Shown: positions 26,143 to 39,400 of the stretch, piece by piece
Position numbering within the stretch: position 1 is the stretch's first letter
Layout: each line of letters starts with the position of its first letter
Assembly (NCBI GenBank): GCA_951406725.2
Contig: OX597815.1
Span: 180,420,001 to 180,484,000 of the forward strand
From: Octopus vulgaris
Lineage: Eukaryota
Reading direction: 5' to 3'
DNA length: 64,000 nucleotides
Position numbers and translations under genes: made by a program
Notes under the pieces: generated by a model
What the model was told of the DNA's origin: nothing
Seen by the model: the letters and a program-made list of their open reading frames with translations, nothing else
Database searches by the model: none

Positions 26143-27829
26143 CTGAAATTTAAAGAGAAAAGTCAATAATAGAAGTTTTCGAGCAAACCCATCATCATCA
26201 TCATCGCTTAACATCCGCTTTCCATGCTCGCATGGGTTGGACGATTTTGACTGAGGGCTGGCGAACCAGATGGCTGCACCAGGCTTCAATCTTGATCTGG
26301 CAGAGTTTCTACAGCTGGATGCCCTTCCTAGTGTTAAATTGATAATATGAAGTCTGTGGAGCAACAACTAGCTAAGCTGACAGGGATCTGTCTGGTTGGT
26401 CTAAAGATCATGGGGTCAGGGGTTATATCTCATTATTGATATCAAGTCAATGAAATATGCTGTGATTGAGAAGAACCGACAACTAAAGTGAGATCGCAGC
26501 CAGGCATGTCTGGCCCTGTTAAGAATACCCCTGATGCGTTGGGCGATATATGCTTGAGAAGACCTGTTGAGTCAAGTAAAACCAATATCGTAGCTGTGGC
26601 CAGTGCCCCGAGTGGCTCCCAAGCCAGTGGCACATAAAAAGCACCATCTGAATGTGGCCAATGCCAGTACCCGCTAACTGGCCCCTGTGTTGGTGGCATG
26701 TAAAAAGCACTATCCAAACGTGATCAACGCCAGCCTCCTGGCCCTGACTGGTTCCTGTGCTGGTGGCACATAAAAAACACCATCCGAATGTAGCCGATGC
26801 CAGTACCCACCCACTGACTGGCTCTTATAGTAAAAAGGTGTGAAAACACCCAGTTTGTTCAGTGTCGCCATCTATTAGAAATCTCAGACATCGAGTTTTT
26901 TTGAAATGTACCTAAGAGAGGCAACTCTGAATGAAGTTAATGAAATTGTATTACCATAAGAGAGATTCTTTCTCTACGGTAACTGCAGCGCATATATATA
27001 TGTATATATATACACATACACACACATGATATGGGCTTCTTTCAGTTTCCACCTACCAAATCTACTCATAAGGCTTTGGTTGACCCGAGGCTATAGTAGA
27101 AGACACTTGCCCAAGGTGCTACGCAGTGGGACTGAACCTGGAACTATGTGGTTGGTAAGCAAGCTACTTACCACACGGCCACTCCTGCAGCTACAGTTAA
27201 TTTGAAATATTTCACTTACAAATCAGACATAAAAATAACATCAGTAGTAATTCAGAATCAGTTATTTTCCCATTTTTTTACATTTTCTAACTAGAGTATC
27301 CATGTATCTACCCTACAGCAAGACATCTATCTGTCCCCTCTATATCTTAAACTGCTTAAATAGCATAAAGCACCACCCCCTCAATACTACTCACCCCTCA
27401 CATTTGAAAGGTTTTTGTCTTTGAAGATATTTGGTGACCCTATTGATGCTGGTGTCACATAAAAAGCACCCAATACACTCTGTAAAGTGGTTGGCATTAG
27501 GAAGGGCATCCAGCTGTAGAAACAATCCCAAAACAGATAGTAGAACCTTGTGTGGCTCCTGGCCTTGCAGGCTCCTTGTGAAAGCCTCTAACCCAGGCCA
27601 GAATGGTAAGTGGACATCATTGCTGATGATGATAACATTTATTTTAAAATGTTTTTATGTTTTCAGCATACCTAATTAATAACTAGGTGCAATTTCTAGT
27701 TAGTCTTAAAAGTCTCTGTTTAAATATCATCAAAACAGCGAATGCATCACAAAATCCATAAATAATTGAGTGAAGCCAGAAAGAAAAATAAGATTTTGAA
27801 CTCTTTAGAAATTAAAGGATTTAGTGATT

Positions 27830-28353
27830 TTATTTACATTTGACAGATATTTGTCCTCATCTTGTTTGTTGTTAACACAACGTTTTAGCTGATACACCCT
27901 CTAGCCTTTATCAGGTGTCTTGGGGAAATTTTGAACTTGGGTTCTCATTCCTAAGGTATTTTTCGATGTTGTTGTTGTTATTATTCAGGTCACTGCCTGG
28001 AATCAAACTCAGAATCTTGGGGTTAGTAGCCTGCGCTCTTAACCACTACACCATATGCCCATTATTGCCCACAGGCATATAGCATAGTGGTTAAGAGTGC
28101 GGACTACTACTAACCCCAAGATTCCGAGTTCGATTCCAGGCAGTGACTTGAATAATAACAATAATAATAACAACAACAACATCGAAAAATACCATAGGAA
28201 TGAGAACCCAGGTTCGAAATTTCCCCAAGACACCTGATGAAGGCTGGAAGGTATATCAGCCGAAACACTGTGTTAACAACAAACAAGATGAGGACAAATA
28301 TCCATCAAATGTAAATAATGTACATAATTCCTCATCTCTTAAATATAGAACTG
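27830..28353. mobile_element. Most complete palindromic tRNA-head/hammerhead element (two divergent tRNA-like heads)
   Basis: ~230-bp inverted arms; heads at 27988-28060(-) and 28074-28147(+); hammerhead core CTGATGA 28234-28240, GAAA 28262-28265. Confidence 0.85.
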
Positions 28354-28397
28354 TATGTAATCTTATATATTGAATTATTTTCATAGATACAATATAC

Positions 28398-28619
28398 ATT
28401 AATTCCTCGCCATATTACAGTTCACCTATTGCGGCTCATTATTTAAGCCTACATCAATTCCTTCGTGCTGTTGTTTTACATTTATAATAAAATAAATATA
28501 TAGAAATTATAAAAATAATTAAAATAAATATACAGTACAGTACTGTTTCTACTTTGCAGATTTTCACCAATCGTACGAGGTTTTGGAACATAACACTTGT
28601 GATAGCCGAGGGATTACCA
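28398..28619. mobile_element. pogo/Tigger-like MITE (partial relative at 14858-15045)
   Basis: Degenerate TIR taat(c/t)cctcg / cgagggatta; internal sequence shared between the two copies. Confidence 0.5.
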
Positions 28620-29371
28620 TATTTCATTAATTGCCAAGATTCACAGTAGCATCACCATCATCATTTGCAGTGATAAATGCATTTTCCCTTAATTAGCACA
28701 AGCAATACAGATTTCCTGAAAAGCTGTTTATTTGGCAGACACTTTATTAAGCACAATTCATCATCATCATCGTTTAACATCCGTTTTCTATGTTGGCATG
28801 GGTTGGACTGTTCGGCCGGGGTCTGGGAAGCCAGGAGGCTACACCAGACTCCAGTCTGATCTGGCAGAGTTTCTACAGCTGGATGCCCTACCTAACGCCA
28901 ACCACTTCATGAGTGTAGTGGGTGCTTTTTATGTGCCACCGGGCCAGAGGAGGCTGGCAAACAGCCACGATCGGTTGGTGTTGTTATGTGTCACCGGTAC
29001 GGACGCCAGTCAAGCGTCCAAGTAAAAATTGTAAAATGCAATTTAGCCATTCCATTTGCAATCATTCTTTGCCCAAGCCTGCTTCAGTTATCATTAGGCC
29101 TTCACCACCCAAAACTAACATGCTTTTCTTTCTTTTCCTACACACGCAGACCTGAGATGATTTTAAATTAATTGCTGTTTGATATCCATTTAGCAAAGAC
29201 ATGCAAGATTCATCAGGTTTTACATTGTGTGTGTTAATATTTCCAATTGAAATAAGGCAGCAAGCTGACAGAACCATTTGCATGCTGGGCAAAATGCTTG
29301 GCAACACTTCATCAGTCTTCATATGCCGAGTTCAAATTCCGCCAGGATCAATTTTGCTTTTCATCCTTTAA

Positions 29372-29594
29372 CCCTTTCGTTACCGTATTTATTTTGAGAT
29401 GCTCTGTGTTTCTTTCAATTAATTCTAAATATAACAAAGAATTTAGTAAAATAACTTAGCTATCATTCAGCTAAGTGTTAGGAACATAAATTGAGACTAA
29501 GGTTTGGTGGAAGATTTTAATTCAGAACTTATGAAAACAAGACATTTATACTGCAGAGCCAGAGCTGGTTTCAGGCAGGTTGGTAACGAAAGGG
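29372..29594. mobile_element. piggyBac-type TTAA MITE (~220 bp; also 44581-44804, 44836-45034, 58167-58372)
   Basis: TTAA flanks; same TIR as 20761-21834; inserted into a family-B SINE core. Confidence 0.85.
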
Positions 29595-29853
29595 TTAAGG
29601 GTTGATAAAAATGAATACCAGTTGAACACTGAAGGGGGGGGGCAATGTAATTAACTTATCCCCTCTCCCAAAATTGTTGGCTTTGTGCAAAAATCTGAAA
29701 TAAATATTTCTGAGTGAAACGAATATTTTCTCTCTTATTAGCTAAAACAAAACTTTTTTTTTTCAATATCAAACAAAACAAAACAAAATAATTTAATTTA
29801 ATTTAATGTAAATAAAGATACAATATTAAGAAATTCTCCATTGCACTACATAC

Positions 29854-30023
29854 CATATCTGGGAAAATATATCGCATGAAAAGGCCAACAAGCCTTCCCC
29901 AAGCTCCACCAATTAGGAAACAGGGAATGAACAGACCACTCGGGATAAGAAGACCATACGTCCACAATGACATTATGAAGTAACATAGACATATAAATAG
30001 TAAAGTTTCCCTTTTGAAAGATG
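29854..30023 (-). CDS. CLCN7: CLCN7 exon (170 nt, SFKRETLLFICLCYFIMSLWTYGLLIPSGLFIPCFLIGGAWGRLVGLFMRYIFPDM)
   Basis: GxFxP filter motif (GLFIP), WTYG and AWGRL; cag/gtatgt sites. Confidence 0.97.
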
Positions 30024-30058
30024 CTGCAATGAAAAACAAAGAACATGGTTTCAGTTAA

Positions 30059-30249
30059 CCCTTCAGCAATCAGATTCCTCTCTCAAATATAATCATGCAT
30101 TATATTGTAACTTCAAGATTTCAATGATGTTATTGTTTATTTTTAGAATGATATTGTAGGGTAGGTGTGAGAGACTGGATCTGGCCAGTTTGAACATAAA
30201 ACGGGTAGAATATTTAGGCTGGATGTGGCTGGTTTAATATGCTGTAGGG
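30059..30249. mobile_element. Second TTAA MITE family (also 47476-47696, ~54038-54259, ~57312-58045, ~61694-61908)
   Basis: TTAA flanks; cccttyagca/tgct..aggg ends; shared body. Confidence 0.75.
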
Positions 30250-31030
30250 TTAAACAAGACTATTGTCTCCAAATACTGTCACCTTCCATAGGCTGGTGGG
30301 TCGGCAGAATCAATCAGCTTCATCTTTTATCCTTCCAGAATCAATAAACTAAATACTTGTTACATACCGAGATCAATAAACTAAACTTATGTCAGCAATT
30401 GGTTCCAACTTAACTCAAAAGAGAAACAGAACGTGGAAAAAAAGATCTTTTAAACTTTATTATCTTTTATCTTTTGACTTGCTTCAATCATTGGACTGCA
30501 GCCATACAGAGGGGCACTGTCTTGGCGGGCTTAGTCAAAGAAATCAACCCAAATACCTATTTTGTCTTTTAAGCCCTGGTACTTATGCTGTTAATTTTCC
30601 TTTTATTGAAATGCTAAATTATGGGGACATAAACAAACCAACACTGAATGTCAAGCAGTGGTGGGGAATACACAGTCATTTGACTGCAGCCATGCTGGAG
30701 CACTGCCTTTAGTCGAGCAAATCTGTGTAAGCCTAGTACTTGGTCTCTTTTGCCAAAGCGTGAAGTTATGGGGATGTAAACACACCAGCATCGGTTGTCA
30801 AGCAATATTGGAGGGACAAACACAGACACACAAACATATATACACACACACTATATATATATATACACACGATGAGCTTCTTCCAGTTTCCGTCTCCTAA
30901 ATCCACTCACAAGGCTTTGGCTGGCCTGAGGCTATAGTAGAAGACACTTGCCCAAGGTTCCACACAGTGGGACTGAACCTGGAATCATGTGGTTGGTAAG
31001 CAAGCTACTAACCACACAGCCACCCCTGTG

Positions 31031-31078
<48 letters not shown>

Positions 31079-32088
31079 GATAAGAGAAGAAATCATTCTG
31101 ACTATGTTTGCTTGTTACATGGGACGAGATAAATGCAAATTTACCTTAAAAATAACAAACTGAAACAGCTGAAAATGTTTTAACTACAATTAAACTATGA
31201 CCATTCAATACCAATGATCAACTTCTGATTGTTAATTGTTGCTCCATTTCTTCTCTTATCAGAATATATTAAACTACAGTTTACCATTTAAGTTTCCAAC
31301 TACTGTTAAACTCATTCCAAGGCCTATACATAGGGAGGTAATACCCCAGTAGCCCCTACGGATACATTTATCCCTTAGATGGTTGCATAACCTCTGACTC
31401 ATAATTTGTTTATATATATATATATATATAAATGAGTCATCTAAGTCAGGGAAAAGATGCACTCGTATATCTGTCAGTAGAGTGGTTTATATCATTCAAA
31501 ATATATAGTATTGAATAAGGCTGGTCTTACCAATTGATTTTGCATAAAGAATACAGTGGCTAACTCTGATGAGTGTGAAGTTATATAATCAGTTTGTTAT
31601 CTAACACTCCATTGTATTCTTTATGCAAAACTGATTGGTAAAACCAGCTGTGATGGATATTTAATACTATACATTTTGGATAATACACACACACAGATTA
31701 TAGGCTTCTTTCAGACTCCGTCTACCAAATTCACCCACAAGATTTTGGTTAGTCCAAGGCTATAGTAGAAGACGCTTAGGCAATGTACCACTGAGGGAGA
31801 TGGAACTGGGGACCACAAGGTTGGAATAATAATTTCCCAAAACTTGGCAGGGTGGGACCGGTCCATTAAATCTACCTAAGCACTTCATTTTGTTGACCCT
31901 GGAAGAATGAAAGACAAAGTCGACCAGAGCACAATTTGAATCGAGCACATAAAGAGCTGGAACAAATGTACATGCACACACATACATTCACTCACACACA
32001 CACACATATATACATATGCATACATACATTATACATACATTTATTCATATATATATATATATACATAAATACATTATACATACATTTA

Positions 32089-32124
<36 letters not shown>

Positions 32125-32202
32125 AATACATTATACATACATTTATATATATATACGTTTATATATTTATTGGCTAAACTGGCAAAATGACCATTCCTAA
32201 AT

Positions 32203-32251
<49 letters not shown>

Positions 32252-32333
32252 CATAAATACATTATACATACATTTATTCAGATATATCTATATATACACA
32301 TACATTATACGTACATTTATTTGTGTATATATG

Positions 32334-32364
<31 letters not shown>

Positions 32365-32691
32365 TATACATACATTTATTCATATATATATATATATACA
32401 TACATACTTACATTATAAGTACATTTATTCATATATTTATATACACACACATACACACAGACACCAGGCACCTTTAAAAAAATGGGATTTTAGTGGTTAG
32501 TGTGACATGTGCGATTAGAGATAACCTGGGAGTTGAACAGCAAATCCACTAATACGAGGCTGACAGAGATGAACACTTGAAAAACACATTCATAAAGATG
32601 ATAAATACAAAAGCCCATAGGACCGGACACTTGAAACACACAAGAGAATGTTGTCCTCAGTCACACTTTAACAATCCTGTTAAGTACTTAC

Positions 32692-32785
32692 TAGTCTCTT
32701 CATGAAACAAACTCTTGACCATTTCCTCTGGTGTCTGAAGTATAATGGTAGCTGTGGAACTGTATTCACCATCTGCACAATAAAA
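32692..32785 (-). CDS. CLCN7: CLCN7 exon (94 nt, FYCADGEYSSTATIILQTPEEMVKSLFHEET)
   Basis: CADGEY...TPE..V.SLFH is typical of CLC-7; tag/gtaag sites. Confidence 0.95.
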
Positions 32786-32800
32786 CTACAAGAAAAAAAA

Positions 32801-32843
<43 letters not shown>

Positions 32844-33574
32844 CATACACATGCATATACATACACAACAAATATATATGTGGACTCATACAAATTAATA
32901 TATATATATACAAATTTTTCTCACTCACACACGTGTGTGTGTGTGTGTGTAGGTTTACCAATGCCACACTGGCTGAGAGTAATCAACAGCCAGAGTAATT
33001 CATCTGACTTCCCCATGCTGTGAAATGTTAACAGAAATGACAAAGAGTTCTATAGCAAGACCAGGCAAACATCATATTTTCTACTCTTTTTCCAATACTT
33101 GTATAAAACTGACATGTCAGGATAGTACATTAACTCCCTGAATTTACCCCCTCCCCTGCCCCCCACCTCCACCTCCTAATCAAGTCAGAGATTATGTTAC
33201 GCTTGTTTATTACATTTTTAGCACAAATTCTTTAGCTGGATTCTCTTCCTATCACCAACCACTTTTGAGAGTTTTTATCCAATTGCATCAAGCTGACCCA
33301 AGCCTTGTAAATAAAACTGGGTGAACAGAAACTGTACGGAAGCCCATCAGATGAATTGTGGTAGTAATTCAATAGTTGAGCATCGTCACACACTTCCTGA
33401 TTGAGAATTAAGTTAAAGGTAAAAAAAAAATTTCTGTGGAGTTCTCAGCCAATTACATGCTAATTCAAAGAATGCGAAGTTCAGTTGATTGAACAAGAGA
33501 AAAGCCATGCAGTTCTTAATAATAATAATAAAAATAAGAAGAAGAAGAAGAAGAAGAAGGAGGAGGAGGATAAT

Positions 33575-33720
33575 AATATCATCGAAAAATACCTTAGGAA
33601 TGAGAACTCAAGTCTGAAATTTCCCCAAGACACCTGAAGAAGGCTGGAGGGTATATCAGCCGAAACGTGTTAACAACAAACAAAATGAGGACAAATATCC
33701 GTCAAATGTAAATAATGTAG
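33575..33720 (+). mobile_element. Single arm of the tRNA-head/hammerhead element
   Basis: gacacCTGAAGAaggctg..cagccGAAAcgtgtt. Confidence 0.75.
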
Positions 33721-35981
33721 AAAAGCCATGGTTGAAAATTTCAACCGGGATCCATTTTGATATTGGTTTCAAATTCCAGCACAAGGCCAGCAATTTCAGG
33801 GGAGGGGTAAAGTCGATTATATTGACCCCAGTGTTTCACTGGTTCTTAATTTATTGACCCTGAAAATGGATGAAAGGCAAAGTCAACCTTAGCACCATTT
33901 AAACTCAGAACATGCAGCCAAAGGAAACGCTACTAAGCTTTTGTTTTTTTTTCTTTTTTCCAGGTTGGTAAAGATTCTGCTAGCTCGCCACTTTGGGATC
34001 AGCTTTAATATTAAGGATAGTGAAGGCACAAGCATCTTTTACCCATGCTGGGCAAAATGCCCAGCAGCATTTCATCCGACTTAACATTCTGGGTTCAAAT
34101 GCTACCAAGGTCAACTGTCTTTCATCCTTTCGGGGTCAATGAAATAAGTACCAGTCTAATCCTGGGGTTGATCTAATCGACTTACTCCCTTCCCCAAAAT
34201 TGTTGGTGTTTTGCCAAAACTTGGAACCAATATTAAGGGTGGCGAAGGTGGCGAGCTGGCAGGATTCTGGGAAAAATGTTTGGTGGCACTTCATTGATTT
34301 CACGGTTAAATAAGTACCAGTTGAGCACTGAGGTCAATGCAATCAACTGGCCCCTCTCCAAACACTGAAGGTCTCATGCCAAAAATTTGAAATCAATATT
34401 AACGATAGGCGGTGAGCTGGCAGAAACACTAGCACGCCGGTATTTTGTCTGACTTTATGTTCTGAGTTCAAATTCCACTGAGGTCGACTTTGCCTTTCAT
34501 CCTTTCGGGGTCGATAACTTAAGTACCATTTGTGTAATGGGGTCGATCTAATCAACTGGCTCCTTCTCCCAAAATTTTGGGCTCTGTGCCTAGAGTAGAA
34601 AATATTTGTTATCCTAAAGGTGGCAAGCAGGCAGAAATGTTAGCATGCCAGGCAAAATGCTAAGTAGTATTTCGTCTGTCTTTACGTTCTGAGTTCAAAT
34701 TCCACTGAGGTCAACTTTGCCTTTCATCAATTCGGGGTTGATTAAATAAGTATAAGTTATGCACTGGGGTTGATGTAAATCAACAATCCCTTTGTCTGTC
34801 CTTATTTGTCCCCTCTATGTTTAGCCCCCTGTGGGTAATAAAGAAATAAATATTAAAGACAATAAAAGCTTGCCGCCTATCCTTAATATTACAATGGGAG
34901 TGGTCCAAATATTGATCAACAGAATGACAAACAAAATTCTTTGTGGTAATTATTTACAGATCTTACATTCTCCATCCCAATGCTGCTAATGTTAACTTTA
35001 CCATATCACTACTTGGAACCTTAGGCAAGTGACTTCTACTAGTCTTGGACCAACCAAAAAGCCTTGTGTGTAGATTTGGTTGACAGAAACTGAAAGAAAC
35101 ATGTCGTGTGTGTGTGTGTGTGTGTGTGTGTTTGAACCCCACCATATTTGACAACCAGTGTTAGTTTGTTTATGTCCCTGTAACTTAGCAGTTTGGCAAA
35201 AGTCACTAATAGAATAAGTACCAGGCTTAAAAAAAAGTACTGGTGGCAATTCATTCAACCAAAAGTTCTACAAGGCGGTGCCCCAGCATGGCCACAGTCT
35301 AATGAATGAAACAAGTAAAAGATAATCAATAAAAAGAGTCCTAATGAAGCACTGAGGTCAAGTTAATTAACTCTTTCCTCCCACTAAACCTTTTACTGTG
35401 ATACCAGCACCAGCACCAGCACCAGAGGGGTTGTCTTAATTCAGGCAAGACAACAGCCTCAGCATTATGTTGTGTGTTCATTTCCAGCCACCAAAGAGGT
35501 TGTCTTATCCCCACATTGTCTCAAAAGTTCATTCCTTTCTTCCTAACACAGCCGGGTGGAAGGACAACCAGAGCCAAAAAGGAGACAGAAGAAAGGGGTG
35601 AGAGAAGAAAAAGTGACAGATGAGAGAGTACTGAAGGGGTACCGGAGCAAGAAAATAACAGAAGACAGATGCCATGGAGAGAGATGCCGTTCGTTGTCGT
35701 GGATGGCAGAGACACTGTATAGATGAACAATGATTTGTTGGTGCCTTGTCAAGTCTCAAATCCACTCCTTGTATTCCAAGAGTACAAAGAGAAGGAGCTT
35801 CCGATTTCCAGGGAATTCAGTTATGCTGTGGAGCAATCTTTTACACTTCTGATCGTGTCTCAAACAAGTCAGCTAGAGTTTAGTACAAGAAGTCTATGAA
35901 CAGCTACAACGGGTCCAGAAACCTACCGTGGGTCCAGGAACCAAAGCCAGGCTACATTAATTAACAGAAGAATCAACTTAC

Positions 35982-36120
35982 TTGCATATTATACTGGGCT
36001 GGGGCTTCCTTCATTGGTAAACAGTTTTGATTATAATAAATGATCAGGAAACTTAATGCGGCCGTAATCACCGATACTAAGATGGTTTCTAGCACCTGAC
36101 AAACTTTAGTTTTGATATAT
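35982..36120 (-). CDS. CLCN7: CLCN7 exon (139 nt, YIKTKVCQVLETILVSVITAALSFLIIYYNQNCLPMKEAPAQYNMQ)
   Basis: In frame; tag/gtaag sites. Confidence 0.93.
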
Positions 36121-36369
36121 CTACAAAAAAAACAAAAAAAAACAAAGGAGAGAATAACACAGGTGAAATAATGACATTTTAATAACGATTTCACATTTTG
36201 CTTCCGTCATTTTGACTTTGACTGTGGCCATGCTGGAGCACCACCTTTAGTCAAACAAATTGACCCCATGATGTTCTTTGTAAGCCTAGTACTTATTCTA
36301 TCAATCTCTTTTGCCAAACTGCTAGATTATGGGGATGTAAACACCTCAAACACAGACAAATAAATAAAT

Positions 36370-36401
<32 letters not shown>

Positions 36402-39400
36402 TATATAGAGGGCATTACTATACAATAATGCCACATGTTAGGAGGGACTCTTAAAGTCAAAACTACCAAAATAAATAAATAGAGTCCCTCCTAGCGTGTG
36501 GCATTTATGTGTAGTAATGCCCTCTATATAATATAAATAAATATATTTAAGTGAAAAAATTGGTGGATTTTTTCCTCTTATGAGGTTTTTTACGCTAACT
36601 ACTTGATAAATTCTTATAAAGATTTTATCCTATTTTTAAATTGCATATATATATATATATATATATATGTATACTATTAAATCTTTCTTTCGAGATATAT
36701 GGGCTGTAACTGAGAAGTGCTTGGAATAAGTCCAAGACAAACAATAACTGAAGAGGTAAACTCAGAAATAAAGTTTAGGTCAATCAGCAAAATCCCAAAT
36801 GGAAAACAGACGTAAAGTTTTTAAAACATTTTAAAAAATACACATACATTAATACATATTAATAGAAATCAATACAAATATATATATATATTCGTAGGTG
36901 TGGGCATGGCTGTGTGGTTAGGGAGCTTGCTTCCTAGTTATATGGTTTCGGGTTCAGTCCCACTGCGTGGCACTTTGGGTAGGTGTCTTCTACTATAGTC
37001 CCGAGCCGACCGGAGCTTTGTGATTGAATTCGGTAGGCGGAAGTTACTGCCGTGTATGTATATGTGTGTGTAGGTGCTCAGTGCCCCGCCAAAAGAGAGA
37101 GAGGGATTTGTGTATATATAAAAGCATAACATATAAATATATAAATAAAAATATAAATTAGAAGGACGTAAAAATATGCGAGATATAAGAATTGGTGAAT
37201 GCAAATGAAAGAGGACACATAAACAGAAATAGAGATTGAAGATAAAATGATAAACTACCTACGGAAAAAGATACAACATAGATAAATTATATAAGAAGGT
37301 GAGATAGATCAAAAGAAATTAACCTAAGCAGGCTAAAGAAAAATTAAACATATTTTCCTTCTACTTTGAACACTAGTTACCTGAAGTGACTCCTGCCAGA
37401 AATGTTGCCTGAAATGACTCCCGCCTGAAATGTTGCCTGAAATGACTCCAGCCTGAAATGACTCCTGCCTGAAATGACTCCGACTCAACACAAGCCAACA
37501 CACAGACTCGCACACATAAAACTGGCATTCCGTCGGTTATGATGACGAGGGTTCCAGTTGATCCAATCAACGGAACGGCCTGCTCAGGAAATTAATGTAC
37601 AAGTGGCTGAGTGCTCGACAGTCATGCGTATCCCTAAACCTATTTCTCAAGGGATTCAGCACGACACAGAATGTGACAAAGCTGGCCCATTGAATTACAG
37701 GTACAACTCAGTATAGCCAGGTGAGTGAACTGGAACAGTGTGACATAGAGTGTCTTGCTCAAGGACAAAATGAATTATCGAGACTCAAGCTTATGACCTT
37801 ACAACCTATTTCTTTACTACCCACAAGGGGCTAAACACAGAGGGGACAAACAAGGATAGACATAGGGATTAAGTCGATTACATTGACCCAGTGCGTAACT
37901 GGTACTTATTTAATTGACCCCAAAAGGATGAAAGGCAAAGTCTACCTCAGCAGAAGTTCAACTCAAAACGTAGTGGCAGACGAAATACCTATTTCTTTAC
38001 TACCTACAAGGGGCTAAACACAGAGAGGACAAACAAGGATAGACATAGGGATTAAGTCGATTACATCGACCCCAGTGTGTAACTGGTACTTATTTAATCG
38101 ACCCCGAAAGGAATTTGAACTCAGAACGTAGCGGCAGACGAAATACCGCTAAGCATTTCGGCCGGCGTGCTAATGATTTTGCCAGCTCATCCACCTAGAC
38201 CTTACAACCATCAGCAGAATACCCTAACCACCAAGCCATGCACCTTCACCACACACACACACACGCATGCGCACACACAATGAATAGCATCAACTTCAGT
38301 TATAAAATGGCCAAATCAAAATGTTGGACGATTTAGACATTTATAAATAAGTCTTTGAATAGGAAAGAAGCCAAGTCTTTGGCAGGCATTATGACCCTAG
38401 GGCTTCAGATAAACGCCTGTTAGATTAATAATCGGCAATGTACTTTTACATATATATATATATATATATATATGTGCATGTGTATACATATATATATATA
38501 CATATTGCCTTTAGGAGATTGCTGATGAAAATAGAAAAGTAAAATATGGATCTTGGAGACATGGACAGTGCTGTAAAGATGGTGTGAGTTTGATGTGTAA
38601 ATACAGCTGGAAGTCAGATATTTGGCAGGCAGTCTGGACAAATTAAAAAAAAAAAATTGGAGAAAGGAATTCTTCTACTTCTTTTCTTCCTTTCTTAATT
38701 ACAACACATGTGTACTTTTAAGTGAGATTGGCTGATTCTATTCAGATGCGTGAATGCGTGCACATGTATGTATGTATGTATTCAAATAGGAATGCATATA
38801 TTTCGTACGGATAATTTTGCTGCTCTCTGTAATAATTGAACTATATGTGTTAATCTACCATATATGGACAGGGAGAGAGAGAGAGAGAGAGAAATAATTA
38901 TGCAATTATGAGACTGAGTTTAATTCAATTATGTAGCACCAAGGATGAGTGCCTTCTGCAGTAAAATTATAAATATATATATAATAGTTGCAGGAGTGGC
39001 TGTGTGGTAAGTGGCTTGCTTACCAACCACATGGTCCCGGGTTCAGTCCCACTGCGTGGCACCTTGGGCAAGTGTCTTCTACTATAGCCTCGGGCCGACC
39101 AAAGCCTTGTGAGTGGATTTGGTAGACGGAAACTGAAAGAAGCCCGTCGTATATATGTATATATATGCATGTGTGTGTGTGTTTGTGTGTCTGTGTTTGT
39201 CCCCCTAGCATTGCATGACAACCGATGCTAGTGTGTTTATGTCCCCGTTACCTAGCGGTTCGGCAAAAGAGACTGATAGAATAAGTACTGGGCTTACAAA
39301 AGAATAAGTCCCGGAGTCAAGTTGCTCGATTAAAGGCGGTGCTCCAGCATGGCTGCAGTCAAATGACTGAAACAAGTAAAAGAGTATATAATAGTTGCAA

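Noticed and set aside
28074-28147. Possible functional tRNA gene
   Set aside because: Acceptor and T stems pair poorly, and it is always attached to the repeat body; it is a SINE-type head.
31936-32477. ORFs rich in Y/I/H/T (also 9151-9706, 3975-4271, 43054-43387)
   Set aside because: Translations of (TA)n/(CA)n microsatellites.
35520-35900. GC-richer unique-looking stretch with short ORFs
   Set aside because: No recognisable domain in any frame; probably an old TE fragment that cannot be supported without a search.
36745-36785. CTGAAGA..GAAA hammerhead-like string
   Set aside because: Stem I and stem III do not pair convincingly.
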